Assembly (NCBI GenBank): GCA_963803435.1
Contig: CAWDML010000007.1
Location: 192,001 to 256,000, forward strand
DNA from: an uncultured delta proteobacterium
Lineage (GTDB): Bacteria > Myxococcota > Kuafuiibacteriia > Kuafuiibacteriales > Kuafuiibacteriaceae
DNA length: 64,000 bases
Reading direction: 5' to 3'
Shown one piece after another: positions 36,971 to 49,391 of the stretch. The notes under the pieces were generated by a model, which had not been told where the DNA came from, made no database searches, and worked only from the letters and a program-made list of their open reading frames with translations. Numbering within the stretch: the first letter of the stretch is position 1; each line of letters starts with the position of its first letter. The translations under genes and the position numbers were made by a program.

Positions 36971-39688
36971 ATGCTCCGGCGTGCCCCGTGCCTCCTCCCG
37001 CTGGTCCTGGCGGGCTGCCTCGCGAAGTCGCATGGCCCCGGCCCCCATGACGGCGGACCGCGGAGCGACCACTGGGCCTTCGCGGCACCGGAGCGTCCCC
37101 CGATCCCCGCCGTCTCCGATCCGGCGTGGTCGAAGAACCCGATCGACGCGTTCATCCGGGCGCGCCTCGACGCTGAGTCGATCACGCCCTCACCGCCCGC
37201 TGATCCCGCGGTCTTCGCGCGACGTCTGGCGCTGGATCTGACCGGACTGCCGCCACCGCTCGAGGAGGCCGACGCATTCACCGCGGATCCTTCGGACGCC
37301 GCGCTCGCCGCTTGGATCGAGCGCATGGCGGCCTCTGATCGGGCGGCCGAGCATCAGGCGCGCGAGTGGCTCGACGCCGCCCGCTACGCCGATACGCACG
37401 GGTTCCAGCTCGATCTGCCGCGGACGATGTGGGCCTGGCGCGACTGGGTGATCGACGCCTATCGCAACAACATGCCCTATGATCGGTTTCTCACCGAGCA
37501 GATCGCCGGCGACCTGCTGCCGGGCGCGGGACCGAGCGAGCGCATCGCCACCGGCTTCAACCGCAACCACAACATCACGATCGAGGGCGGCGTGATCGAC
37601 GAGGAGTACCGCGCGATCTACGTCTCCGATCGCGTCGACACGCTGGGCACCGCGATCCTCGGCCTCACCACCGGCTGCGCGCGCTGCCACGACCACAAGT
37701 TCGATCCGATCTCGCAGCGCGAGTACTACTCGCTGGCCGCGTGCTTCAATCAAACCGACGAGCGGGGGCTGGGTGCCGAGAACGGCTTCGCACCGACGGT
37801 CGACGCGCCCAGCCCGCTTCAGTCGGCGGAGCTCGAGGCGATCGATGCGGAGCTGAGCACGCTCTCCTCGGCCCTCGCCGGGACCTTCGACACCGAGCTC
37901 GCCGCCTGGGAGTCACAGGTGAAGGCATCGCTCCCGATCACCTGGAGCGAGGTGCGGCCGACCGGCCTCGGGGCCGACAACGATACGGTCGTGCAGCTCC
38001 AGGGGGACGGCACGATCACCGCCCGCAACCAGGAGGTCCTCGAGGCGTATCGGCTCGACTTCGAGGTGGCGGCGGGGACGCGCGCGTTCGAGATCGACGC
38101 GGTCCCCGACGCGCAGCAACCGGAGGGCGGCCCCGGGCTCGGGCCGGGCGGCACCTTCGTCCTCACCGAGGTCGAAGGCGAAGCGAACGGTGTCGCGCTC
38201 CGCTGGGCAACGGTGGAGGCAGACGGTGCGGCGGCGGGGTTCGGCGGCGAGCTGGCCGGCGACGGCGATCCTGCGACGGGTTGGATGAACGACGCCCCCG
38301 AGGCCCGCACGCTGGTCCTCACCACCGATCACCCGCTCGCGGCCGGACCCGTGCGGCTCCGCCTCCACTTCGGTGCGGGCGAGACGCGGCTGCTGGGCCG
38401 GTTCCGCCTCCGGACCTCGACGCACCCGCTGGCGGGGATGCTGCCGGCGGTGGAGGCGATCCTCGCCGAGGCGCCGTCCGCCCGCAGCGGCAACGACGTC
38501 GAGCGCCTCCGGACCTTCTGGTTGAAGAGCAGCTCCGAGCTCCGCGATCGCGCACGCCGGCACGCCCTGCTGAGCGCGCGGCGCCAGGCGCGGGCATCTG
38601 CGCCCACCACGATGGTGATGAGCGATCGCTCCGAGACCAGGAAGACGTACGTCCTGATCCGCGGCCAGTACGATCAGCCCGGCGACGAGGTCGGCTGCGG
38701 CGTCATCGACTCGATCTTTCCACGGCCGAAGGACGTCCCGGCGAACCGCCTGATGGTCGCGAAGTGGCTCGTCGATCCGAAGCACCCGCTGACGGCGCGG
38801 GTGGCGGTCAACCGCATCTGGCAGCGCCTCTTCGGGGTCGGTCTGGTGAAGACCACCGAGGACCTGGGCACGCGCGCCGAGCCGCCGTCCCACCCCGAGC
38901 TGCTCGACTGGCTGGCGGTCGAGCTGATCGAGAGCGGCTGGGATCAGCGCCACCTCATCTCGCTGATCGCGTCCTCCCGGACGTACCGCCAGTCGTCGGC
39001 GGAGCGGGCCGAGCTGGCGGAGCGCGATCCGGAGAACCGGCTGCTGTGGAGGGGCCCGCGCCACCGCCTGGCGGCGGAGGTGATCCGGGATCAGGCGCTG
39101 TTCGCCTCCGGGCTGCTGGTCGAGCGCCTCGGGGGGCCGAGCGTATTTCCGTACCAGCCACCCGGGCTCTGGGAGGAGGTCAACGATCGACCCGGTCTCT
39201 CGGTGCCCTACCTCGAGGACGCGGGCGAGGGGCGGTTCCGGCGGAGCCTCTACAGCTTCTGGAAGCGGACGCTCCCGCCGCCGTTCTTGACCACCTTCGA
39301 CGCGCCCGATCGCGAGTACTCGATCGTGCGCCGCCAGACCTCGAGCACGCCGCTGCAGGCGATCGCGCTCCTCGGAGAGCCGGGCATGATCGAGGCCGCC
39401 CGTCACCTGGCCGATCGGATGCTCGACGCGGGCGATCCGGTCGCCGCCGCCACCGCGGGCTTCCGCCGGGTGCTCGTCCGCGCGCCGACCACCGCAGAGC
39501 TCACCGAGCTGACCACGGCCTACGCCGAGCAGCACGCGCTCTTCGAGTCGGATCAAGCGGCCGCGGCTCGATTGCTCGCCGTCGGCGCGTCCAGGCCGGA
39601 GGAGACCCGTCCCCCGGTCGATCGAGCGGCGATGACGCAGGTCGCCCGCATCATCCTCAACCTCGGCGAGACGCTGGAGAAGGAGTGA
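36971..39688 (+). CDS. DUF1549 + DUF1553 (PSD1/PSCyt2) domain lipoprotein
   Basis: HWAF, NPIDAFI, WLDAARYADTHG, CARCHDHKFDPI, PLTARVAVNRIW, PSHPELLDWLA and RRSLY motifs. Confidence 0.92.
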   Translation: MLRRAPCLLPLVLAGCLAKSHGPGPHDGGPRSDHWAFAAPERPPIPAVSDPAWSKNPIDAFIRARLDAESITPSPPADPAVFARRLALDLTGLPPPLEEADAFTADPSDAALAAWIERMAASDRAAEHQAREWLDAARYADTHGFQLDLPRTMWAWRDWVIDAYRNNMPYDRFLTEQIAGDLLPGAGPSERIATGFNRNHNITIEGGVIDEEYRAIYVSDRVDTLGTAILGLTTGCARCHDHKFDPISQREYYSLAACFNQTDERGLGAENGFAPTVDAPSPLQSAELEAIDAELSTLSSALAGTFDTELAAWESQVKASLPITWSEVRPTGLGADNDTVVQLQGDGTITARNQEVLEAYRLDFEVAAGTRAFEIDAVPDAQQPEGGPGLGPGGTFVLTEVEGEANGVALRWATVEADGAAAGFGGELAGDGDPATGWMNDAPEARTLVLTTDHPLAAGPVRLRLHFGAGETRLLGRFRLRTSTHPLAGMLPAVEAILAEAPSARSGNDVERLRTFWLKSSSELRDRARRHALLSARRQARASAPTTMVMSDRSETRKTYVLIRGQYDQPGDEVGCGVIDSIFPRPKDVPANRLMVAKWLVDPKHPLTARVAVNRIWQRLFGVGLVKTTEDLGTRAEPPSHPELLDWLAVELIESGWDQRHLISLIASSRTYRQSSAERAELAERDPENRLLWRGPRHRLAAEVIRDQALFASGLLVERLGGPSVFPYQPPGLWEEVNDRPGLSVPYLEDAGEGRFRRSLYSFWKRTLPPPFLTTFDAPDREYSIVRRQTSSTPLQAIALLGEPGMIEAARHLADRMLDAGDPVAAATAGFRRVLVRAPTTAELTELTTAYAEQHALFESDQAAAARLLAVGASRPEETRPPVDRAAMTQVARIILNLGETLEKE

Positions 39689-39690
39689 GC

Positions 39691-41094
39691 ATGAGCCTGA
39701 CCCGCAGAGCCTTTCTCGGCGGCGCCACCGGGCTCGGCGCGCTCGCGTTGTCGACGCTGGACGGTCGCGCCCGGGCCCAGACCGCCGGCCTCCCGCACTT
39801 TCCGCCGACGGCCAAGCGGGTGGTCTGGCTGTTCGCCTCGGGGGGGCCGTCGCAGATGGAGCTCTTCGACTACAAGCCGGTGCTGCGGGAGATGCACGGC
39901 CAGCTGCTCCCCGACTCGGTGCGCATGGGCCAGCGGCTCACCACCATGTCCTCGGGCCAGGATCGGCTCGAGCTGTGCGCGTCCGCCTTCGACTTCGCAC
40001 AGCACGGTCAGTCGGGCGCATGGATCTCGGAGCTCCTCCCTCACACGGCGGACATCGTCGACGACCTCTGCATCGTGCGATCGATGTACACCGAGCCGAT
40101 CAATCATGATCCGGCGATGACGCTGATGCACTCCGGCGCCCAGATCCCCGGTCGCCCCAGCGCAGGGAGCTGGGCGAGCTACGGGCTCGGCTCGGACGCG
40201 GAGGATCTGCCGGCGTTCGTGGTGATGATCGCGAGAAACACCACGCCCGAGGCGCAGCCGCTCTACAACCGCCTCTGGTCGAGCGGCTTCCTCCCGTCGC
40301 GTCACCAGGGCGTGCGGCTCTCGAGCTCCGGCAGCCCCGTGCTCTTCCTCGAGAACGGCGCGTCGCTGCCCGAGACCAGCCGGCGCGACCTCTTCGATCG
40401 GATCTCGGCGCTCGACGCGATCCATCGGGACCAGACCCACGATCCTGAGCTCGACACCAAGATCGCCGCGTACGAGCTGGCGTTCCGCATGCAGACCGGC
40501 GTCCCTGCGCTCGCGGATCTCTCGGATGAGCCCGACTCGACCTTCGCGCTTTACGGCGAGGACGCACGCAACAGCGGCACGCACGCGCGGAACTGCCTGC
40601 TGGCGCGCCGCCTGCTCGAGCGCGGCGTGCGTTTCGTACAGCTGTATCACCGCGACTGGGATCATCACGCCGGCCTCCCCGACCGGATGCGTCACGTGAC
40701 CGGAGAGAACGAGCGTGCGTCGGCGGCGCTGGTCACCGACCTCAAGCAGCGCGGCATGCTCGAGGACACGCTCGTGATCTGGGGCGGCGAGTTCGGCCGC
40801 ACCGCATACGCGCACGGCTTGGCAGGCGACGGGCGCAACTACGGGCGGGACCACCACCCTCGCTGCTTCTCGATGTGGCTGGCCGGCGGGGGCATCAAGC
40901 CCGGCCTCGTCTACGGAAAGACCGACGACTTCTCGTACAACGTCGTGGAGAACGCCGTCCACGTGCACGACCTCCACGCGACCATGCTCCACGTCCTCGG
41001 GATCGATCACCTGCGCTTCACCTACCGCTACCTGGGACGGGACTTCCGCCTCACGGACGTCGCCGGACGCGTGGTGGACGACCTGCTGGGGTGA
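39691..41094 (+). CDS. DUF1501 family protein (Tat-exported, sulfatase-like)
   Basis: TRRAFL Tat motif, GGPSQMELFDYKP, NCLLARRLLERGVRFVQL, GEFGRT, GRDHH and HVHDLHAT. Confidence 0.92.
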   Translation: MSLTRRAFLGGATGLGALALSTLDGRARAQTAGLPHFPPTAKRVVWLFASGGPSQMELFDYKPVLREMHGQLLPDSVRMGQRLTTMSSGQDRLELCASAFDFAQHGQSGAWISELLPHTADIVDDLCIVRSMYTEPINHDPAMTLMHSGAQIPGRPSAGSWASYGLGSDAEDLPAFVVMIARNTTPEAQPLYNRLWSSGFLPSRHQGVRLSSSGSPVLFLENGASLPETSRRDLFDRISALDAIHRDQTHDPELDTKIAAYELAFRMQTGVPALADLSDEPDSTFALYGEDARNSGTHARNCLLARRLLERGVRFVQLYHRDWDHHAGLPDRMRHVTGENERASAALVTDLKQRGMLEDTLVIWGGEFGRTAYAHGLAGDGRNYGRDHHPRCFSMWLAGGGIKPGLVYGKTDDFSYNVVENAVHVHDLHATMLHVLGIDHLRFTYRYLGRDFRLTDVAGRVVDDLLG

Positions 41095-42532
41095 GCGCGT
41101 CCTGCCGCTCGTAGATGACGACGCCCGCGATCGTGGCGGTGGCTGCGAAGGGAAGCTCGCCCCGCTGGAGACGCGCAAACGTCCGACCCTTTCGAAACGC
41201 GCCGTCGACGACGATCGCGGAGAACTCGGCCGGGAGCGTCACGTCATCGAGAGACCAGACATGCTTCCACGGCACGCCCACCGGTACGAAGGCGTCGAAC
41301 GAGGTGAGCACCGGGCCGGTGTGTCGCGCTGCGATCGACTCGAGCTGCCGGCCCACCTCGAGGCGCTCCGGCGTGAGCGCGCGCGCGAAGTGCGTGTCCT
41401 CGGCGCGGAGCGCATCGAGCTGGGCCCGCCAATCGACCGTGACAAACACGGCCAGCAGCGCGACCGGCCGCGCGCCCGCGAGCAGCCGGCCGCGCGGGCG
41501 CAGCTCCTCGAGCGAGAGGAGGAAGAGCGGCCAGAGCGCCGGGGCCGCGTAGCGAGGGAGCGCCAGCTTCACGCCGAACAGCGCGAACGAGAGGTAGAAG
41601 ACGCCGAAGAACAGGATGAAGCAGAGACCGTCGACCTTGCGAGCGCGGATCCGACGAAACAGGAAGAGCGCGACTCCGATCGCGATGGTCGCCATCCCCG
41701 CGTAGCCGAGGCCGCGAGCACCGACCAGGACGGGCCACCACCCGGAGGTCGAGATGGGATGTCGGTTGCGATGGTGCTGGACGACGAACCCGGTGATCGT
41801 CCGCTCGGGATCCAGCACGATGTTCGGGGTGGTGAGGACGAAGACGGCCAGGAACAGCAGGCCGTGCAAGGCGACCTGCTGAACCAGCTGCTTGGGGCTC
41901 TTGCGGCCGTCCCAGACGATAAAGGCTACGATCGCGACCATGATGAAGAGGCCGAACAGCTTCGTCCCCGCGGAGAGGCCGGCGAAGATCGTCGCCGCCC
42001 ACAGCCAGCCTCGGCCCTTCTTCCCATAGGCCAGACCGAGACAGGCGACCGCCGCGTGGTCGAAGAGGAAGAGAAAGGCGTCCGGGTGGACGCGCGAGGC
42101 CCAGAGGATCGTCTCCGGATGGATCGACAAAAAGAAGGTGAAGATAGCCGGCGGCCACCAGCTTCCGAGCAGGAGACCGAAGAGCACGAAAGGAACGAGC
42201 AGCGCCACGATCATCACGCCGAAGGAGAGCCAGCGGGTTCGCTCGATGACCGTCGGAGCCGGAGCCTCCGCCCCCGAGACGAGTCGGACGAGGGCGGTCA
42301 CGTAGGGATAGAGGCCGGGATAGACGCGGACGCCGTGGTCGAGATCGCCCCGCTCCACCATGCGCCAGGTGTGCTCCAGGATGAGGGACTCGTCGTTCAT
42401 GACGTGGTGGAGGTGGCGCAGATCCTGAGACCCATCGGCAATCCGGGGGACCGCGCGAAGCGTGAGAAAGACGAGCCCCGCGAGGACCAGGAGCGAAGGG
42501 CCGGCCAGCCTTCGGATCCAGGGCACACCCAT
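41051..42532 (-). CDS. GT-C fold (ArnT/PMT-like) membrane glycosyltransferase
   Basis: Multi-TM protein with NDE, YPGLY, AGTK and PRY motifs; divergent from a GT2 gene. Confidence 0.65.
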   Translation of the reverse strand: MGVPWIRRLAGPSLLVLAGLVFLTLRAVPRIADGSQDLRHLHHVMNDESLILEHTWRMVERGDLDHGVRVYPGLYPYVTALVRLVSGAEAPAPTVIERTRWLSFGVMIVALLVPFVLFGLLLGSWWPPAIFTFFLSIHPETILWASRVHPDAFLFLFDHAAVACLGLAYGKKGRGWLWAATIFAGLSAGTKLFGLFIMVAIVAFIVWDGRKSPKQLVQQVALHGLLFLAVFVLTTPNIVLDPERTITGFVVQHHRNRHPISTSGWWPVLVGARGLGYAGMATIAIGVALFLFRRIRARKVDGLCFILFFGVFYLSFALFGVKLALPRYAAPALWPLFLLSLEELRPRGRLLAGARPVALLAVFVTVDWRAQLDALRAEDTHFARALTPERLEVGRQLESIAARHTGPVLTSFDAFVPVGVPWKHVWSLDDVTLPAEFSAIVVDGAFRKGRTFARLQRGELPFAATATIAGVVIYERQDALTPAGRPPRVRRRP

Positions 42533-42585
42533 GCTGCGAAAGCTCCTACCAGGGCCGGCGACGCGCGTGCTAGCTCGTTTGGCGG

Positions 42586-43731
42586 TTGGAGATCTCGGTG
42601 GTCATTCCGTGCCTCGACGAGGGCGCCACCGTCGGCGGGGTGGTCGCGCGCACGGTCGAGACGCTCGAGGCCCGCGGCGCCTCCTTCGAGGTCATCGTCG
42701 CGGACAACGGCTCGACGGACGACAGCCGCGTCGAGGCCGAAAGCGCGGGCGCGCGCTGGATCGACGCGAGCCGGGAGCGCGGCGTCGGCGCAGCCACCCG
42801 GCTGGGCGGGCTCGAGAGCCGAGGCGACGTCCTGGTGTTCCTCGACGCCGACGGCGAGCACGACCCGGCCGAGATCCCGCAGCTCCTCGACGCCGTGGAG
42901 CTCCATCCCGACGCGCTGATCCTGGGCAGCCGCTACCGCGGGCGGTTCCTCAAAGGGGCGAGCTCCCTCCCGAACCGCGCGCTCGGCACGCCGGCGCTGA
43001 CGAGGCTGATCAACCACTACTTCGGCACCGGCATCAGCGACTGCAACACGGGTTTCCGGGCGATGCGCCGGGAGGTCTTCGATCGGATCGACTTCAACTC
43101 GCCCGGCTTCGAGTTCTGCACCGAGATGGTGGTACGCGCCGGGCTCCTGGGCGTCCGCGTCGAGGAGGTGCCGATCACCCAGCACCCCGGCCCCGCGGGG
43201 CGGCGCCCGCACCTGCGCCGCTTCCGCGATGGGTGGCGCCACCTCAAGTTCATCCTGCTCCACGCGCCGGACCGCGTCCTTCTCCGCCCGGGGCTGGCCG
43301 CGCTGCTCTTAGGCGCCGTGCTGTTCCTCCCGCAGGTGGCCGGGCGCTTCGAGCTCGGATGGTTCGTCCTCGACATCCACCTGATGATCCTCGGCGTGCT
43401 GTTCCTGCTCATCGGCGTCGAGATGGTGGGATCCGCGATCCTCTGCGCCACGATCGCCGGTGAGCCGGCCGCCCCGATGAGCCGCCTCAGCCGGCGGCTC
43501 GGACGGCACTTCGATCTCGACCGCATCCTCCCGTTCGCTGCGCTCCTCTTCCTGATCGGGCTCGGGTGCGATCTCGCCGTCGTGGTACGGAGCGCCGAGC
43601 ACGGCTGGCGAGGGATCCTGGAGCCGCGGCTAGCGCTCATCGGGACCTCGGCGATGGGGCTTTCGGTTCAGCTCGTCGTGCTGTCGTTCGTCCACTCCGT
43701 GATCGGGCAGCACCGGAGCGCGCCGAGATAG
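42586..43731 (+). CDS. GT2 polyprenol-phosphate glycosyltransferase with C-terminal TM helices
   Basis: ISVVIPCLDE, ADNGSTD, FLDADG, GFRA, EFCTEM and RDGWRHL. Confidence 0.88.
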   Translation: MEISVVIPCLDEGATVGGVVARTVETLEARGASFEVIVADNGSTDDSRVEAESAGARWIDASRERGVGAATRLGGLESRGDVLVFLDADGEHDPAEIPQLLDAVELHPDALILGSRYRGRFLKGASSLPNRALGTPALTRLINHYFGTGISDCNTGFRAMRREVFDRIDFNSPGFEFCTEMVVRAGLLGVRVEEVPITQHPGPAGRRPHLRRFRDGWRHLKFILLHAPDRVLLRPGLAALLLGAVLFLPQVAGRFELGWFVLDIHLMILGVLFLLIGVEMVGSAILCATIAGEPAAPMSRLSRRLGRHFDLDRILPFAALLFLIGLGCDLAVVVRSAEHGWRGILEPRLALIGTSAMGLSVQLVVLSFVHSVIGQHRSAPR

Positions 43732-43849
43732 AGCGGCCTCCGGGGCTCAGCGCCATCCGTAAACTCTACACGAGGCGTGGCGCGGGCTCGATCGACTCAG
43801 TGTGGCGAGGCAGCGCGCAAAACGGAAGAGCGATCGCTCCCTGCGTCGG

Positions 43850-43865
43850 TGGCAGCGCGTTTGCA
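43850..43865 (+). promoter_or_regulatory. Sigma-54 promoter of the act/cox operon
   Basis: TGGCAGCGCGTTTGCA (GG-N10-GC), 16 nt before ATG 43882. Confidence 0.55.
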
Positions 43866-43881
43866 TTGGCGGCGGTCGGCA

Positions 43882-44469
43882 ATGGCGCTGTTCTCGGAAC
43901 GTTCGACGACCAGGTTCCGAGTGGTCCTGGCGGTGATCGCTTCGGGGGTGATCGGCGCGCCGCTGCTCCTGATGTGGTGGGTGCGCTCCGAGATCGGCAC
44001 CGAGCGAACGAACCCACGCCAGCAACCGGTGGAGTTCGATCACCGGCATCACGTCAAGGACGACGGGATCGCGTGTCTCTACTGTCACCGCGAGGCGGAG
44101 CGATCCCGCTACGCCGGAGTCCCCGCGGCGGACGTCTGTATGGGATGTCACGGTCAGATCTGGAACGATTCGACGCTGCTCGAGCCCGTGCGGCGGAGCT
44201 TCTACGACGACGTGTCCATCGAGTGGGAGCGCGTCCACGACCTGGCGGACTTCGTATATTTCGATCACTCCGCTCACGTCACCCGGGGCGTCGACTGCTC
44301 GGCCTGTCACGGAGACGTGGCGAGCATGCCGCGCGTCTACAAGGTCGTCCCGATGACCATGGGCTGGTGCCTCGATTGTCATCGAAACCCAGGCTCACGC
44401 CTGCAGATGCCGGAGGCTCGGCTCCAGAAGCTCAAACCGCCCACGTACTGCTCGGGCTGCCACCGCTGA
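43882..44469 (+). CDS. actA: Alternative complex III pentaheme cytochrome c
   Basis: N-terminal TM helix, QPVEFDHRHH and five CxxCH motifs (CLYCH, CMGCH, CSACH, CLDCH, CSGCH). Confidence 0.92.
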   Translation: MALFSERSTTRFRVVLAVIASGVIGAPLLLMWWVRSEIGTERTNPRQQPVEFDHRHHVKDDGIACLYCHREAERSRYAGVPAADVCMGCHGQIWNDSTLLEPVRRSFYDDVSIEWERVHDLADFVYFDHSAHVTRGVDCSACHGDVASMPRVYKVVPMTMGWCLDCHRNPGSRLQMPEARLQKLKPPTYCSGCHR

Positions 44470-44472
44470 GGG

Positions 44473-47400
44473 ATGGGGAAGGATTCGATGGACAAGAGAC
44501 TTCCGATCGTCGGCCAGCCGGCCACCCCGAGCGGACCGGTGCTCCCCGAGGTCGATCGGCGTACGTTCCTCGAGTACGTGGCCGCGAGCCTCGCGCTCGC
44601 CGGACTCAGCGGCTGCGAGGAGCGGCCCGGTGAGAAGATCGTCCCGTTCTCGCGCCAGCCGCCCGAGCTCGTCCCCGGGCGCCCCCTCCACTACGCCACC
44701 GCGATGGAGATCGACGGCTACGCCACCGGCCTCCTGGTCCAGTCGCGCGAGGGTCGACCCATCAAGGTCGAGGGCAACCCGGAGCATCCGATCAGCGCGG
44801 GCTCCACCGGGCCGTTCGAGCAGGCGTCGATCATGCAGCTGTACGATCCCGATCGCGCCAAGGGGATCGCCAGCAAGTCCCAGCCGTCCACGTGGACCGA
44901 CTTCGTGCACACGTTCGCCCACGGCTTGGGCGACGGCACCGGAGTTCACGTGCTCCTCGATCAGACCGCTTCGCCGCTGGTCGGCGAGCTGCTCGCGACG
45001 GTCCGCCGCAAGTATCCGAAGATCGAGATCCACTTCCACTCGCCGGCCGCGCCCGAGGGTCGATGGCTCGCCAGCCGGAGCCTGGCCGGTCGCGCGCTGT
45101 TGCCACACCACCGATTCGAGGCCGCCGGGGTGGTGCTCTCGCTCGACGACGACTTCCTCTCCCGCGGTCCCACCTGGCTGCGCGACGCCCGCGGCTACGC
45201 AGCGGCAAGGGTTCCGGAGACCCCCGACGCTCGGATGATCCGCCTCTACGTCGCGGAGTGCGGCTTCACCTCCACCGGCGCAAAGGCTGACCACCGCCTC
45301 CCCGTGTCCTCGGAGGATCTCGTTGCGGTTCGCCTCCTCGGTCGCCCAGCGCGTGGTCAGAGAGGGCTCGCCCATCGCCGAAGCGCTGGCGGCGGTTCCG
45401 GAGCTTCCGGCGCGACTCGCCAAGTTCGCCGCGGTGGTCGCGAAGGACCTCATCTCTGCGCGCGAACGCTCGGTCGTGCTCGCCGGCCTCAGGCAGCCCA
45501 AGGAGATCCACGCGCTCGCGATGGTGCTCAACCGCGAGCTGGGTAACGTCGGCAAGACCGTCTTCTACGCGGACGATCCCATCCTCGAGGCCGGAGAGCC
45601 GAGCCACGATCTGGTGCGGCTCAGGAACGCGCTCCGCGCTGGCGAGGTCGATCGGCTGATCATTCTGGGCGGCAACCCCGTCTACACGGCGCCGGCCGAC
45701 CTCGAGCTGGATCGTCTGATCGGAAACGCCCGGCACTCCGCGTATCTCGGCATGTACGACAACGAGACGGCGCGCTGTTGCGGCTGGCTGCTGGCGGAGG
45801 CGCACTACCTGGAGTCGTGGAGCGACGCGCGCGCGGCCGACGGCACCGTCTCGATCGTCCAGCCGCTGATCCAACCGCTCTTCGGGGGTCGTACGCGCGG
45901 GCAGGTGCTGGCAGCGCTCGCGGGCGTGGCCGATCCGAGCGCACGCGAGCTGGTCGAGCGCCGCTACGGTCGCACCCCGAGGACCACGACTCCGTCGAGC
46001 CTGGAGCGGCAGTTCGAGGAGCGTTCGGGCTTCGAGTCCGAGAGCGAGCCCGCCGTCTCGTCGGTGGCGCCGCCCGACGTCCCCGCGACCTGGCTCGAGA
46101 GCGTCGCGGTCGACGCCAGGCTCGACCGCCTTCTCTGCAACGGCGTGATCCCGGGGACGGCGCTCCCCTATCTCGACGCACCGCTCGAGACAGGAGAGCT
46201 CGCGAGCTGGCTCGGCGAGGCGCACGCTCGGTTCGACGGGATCGAGCTGGCGCTGGCGCTCGACCCGCGCGTGCACGACGGCCGGTTCACCAACAACCCC
46301 TGGCTCCTCGAGCTCCCGGACGCCATCACGCGTCTGACCTGGGGGAACGCGGCCCTCTTCGCGCCGATGACCGCGGAACGCCTCGGCCTCCACGAAGGCG
46401 ATCGGATCCGGATCGCCGTCGACGGCCGTCACCTGGAGGCGCCCGTCTTCACGCAGCCGGGGCTCGCCGAGCAGACCGTGTCGCTGTCCCTCGGCTACGG
46501 CCGGAGCGGGCACGAGCACCACGCGGCCGGCGTCGGCGTCGACGCCTACGCGCTCCGGCTCTCCGGCAGGCCGTGGTTCATCAGCGGCACCGAGATCGAT
46601 CGCCTCGACGAGCCGGCCGGCGATCTGATGCCGGTCTCCGTACAGGCGCACGCACAGCTCGAGGGGCGGCCGATCGTTCTGTCTCGGACGATCGAGGAGT
46701 ACCGGACGCATCCCGAGTTCGCCGAGGAGTACGACAAACCTCCGGCCACCATGCACGAGCAGCGGCCGGCGCCGGGCCATCAGTGGGGCATGACGATCGA
46801 CCTCGACGCCTGCGTCGGCTGCAACGCCTGCGTGGTGGCCTGCCAGGCCGAGAACAACGTCCCCACGGTGGGGAGGATCGACGTCGCGAAGGGCCGTGAG
46901 ATGCACTGGCTCCGGCTCGATCGCTACTACCTCGGCGAGCTCGAGCGCGCTCGCGTCGTGCATCAGCCGATGCTCTGCCAGCACTGCGAGCACGCCCCCT
47001 GCGAGTATGTCTGCCCCACCTACGCGACGGCCCACAGCCCCGACGGCATCAACGAGATGGTCTACAACCGCTGCGTCGGCACGCGCTTCTGCTCGAACAA
47101 CTGTCCCTACAAGGTCCGCCGCTTCAACTGGTTCAACTTCAACCGTAGCCCCGACGAGGTGACTGCCCTGCACTACAACCCGGACGTCACCGTGCGCGAG
47201 CGCGGGGTCATGGAGAAGTGCACCTACTGCGTCCAGCGGATCCGCCGCACCGAGATCGCCGCCAAGAACGACGGGCGAGACGTCGGTCCCAACGAGGTCC
47301 AGACGGCGTGCCAGCAGGTCTGCCCGGCCCACGCGATCGTCTTCGGCGACATCGCCGACTCCACGTCAAACGTCTCGGAGGGCTACCGTGACCCTAGGAC

Positions 47401-47493
47401 CTACGCCGTCCTCCACGACACTGGAACGCAGCCCCGTACGCGCTACCAGGCCGTGATCACGAACCCCCACCCCGATCTCGAGGAGGGCTCATC

Positions 47494-47497
<4 letters not shown>
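44473..47497 (+). CDS. actB: Alternative complex III molybdopterin-like/Fe-S subunit (apparent frameshift near 45330)
   Basis: Tat [18 protein letters not shown] and C-terminal Fe-S motifs [32 protein letters not shown]. Split over two frames. Confidence 0.9.
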
Positions 47498-48860
<1,363 letters not shown>

Positions 48861-48864
<4 letters not shown>

Positions 48865-49391
48865 AGAGCGGGTTCGTCGCCGAGTTCATCACGCCCGAGG
48901 CGCTGGTCGAGGCGGCCGTGAAGCTCAAGCGGACCGGGTATACGCTGTTCGAGGCCTACTCTCCCTTCCCGCTGGAGGGCCTCCCGAACGGCCTCTCCAA
49001 GCGACGCCCGCGGTCGGCGCTCTACGCCTTCATCTTCGGCTTCGGCGGCGCCGGGCTCGCCTACCTCCTGATGTGGTGGATCAACGTCGAGAACTATCCG
49101 TACAACGTCGGCGGGCTCCCTCATCACTCCGCGCCGGCGTTCGTCCCGATCACCTTCGAGACCGGCATCCTCTCGGCCGCCTGCGCCATCTTCATCGGCA
49201 CGATGCTCAAGCTCGGTCTCCCCCGGCTCGATCACCCGCTGTTCGAGGTGGCCGGCTTCGAGCGCGCCACCATCGATCGCTTCTTCCTCGCCATCTACTC
49301 GTTCGATCCGATCTTCGACGCGGATCGCACTCCTCAGGACCTACGCGAGACCAGCGCATTCAACGTGGCGCCATTCGGGAGGTTGCCGTGA
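48861..49391 (+). CDS. actD: Alternative complex III DUF3341 subunit
   Basis: AYSPFPLEG, NVGG and PAFVPITFE. Confidence 0.9.

Noticed and set aside
45320-45340. Programmed frameshift or split actB
   Set aside because: Removing one T (GCG GTT CGC to GCG GTC GCC) restores the frame. There is no slippery site, and the same extra-base pattern occurs elsewhere, so a sequencing error is most likely.
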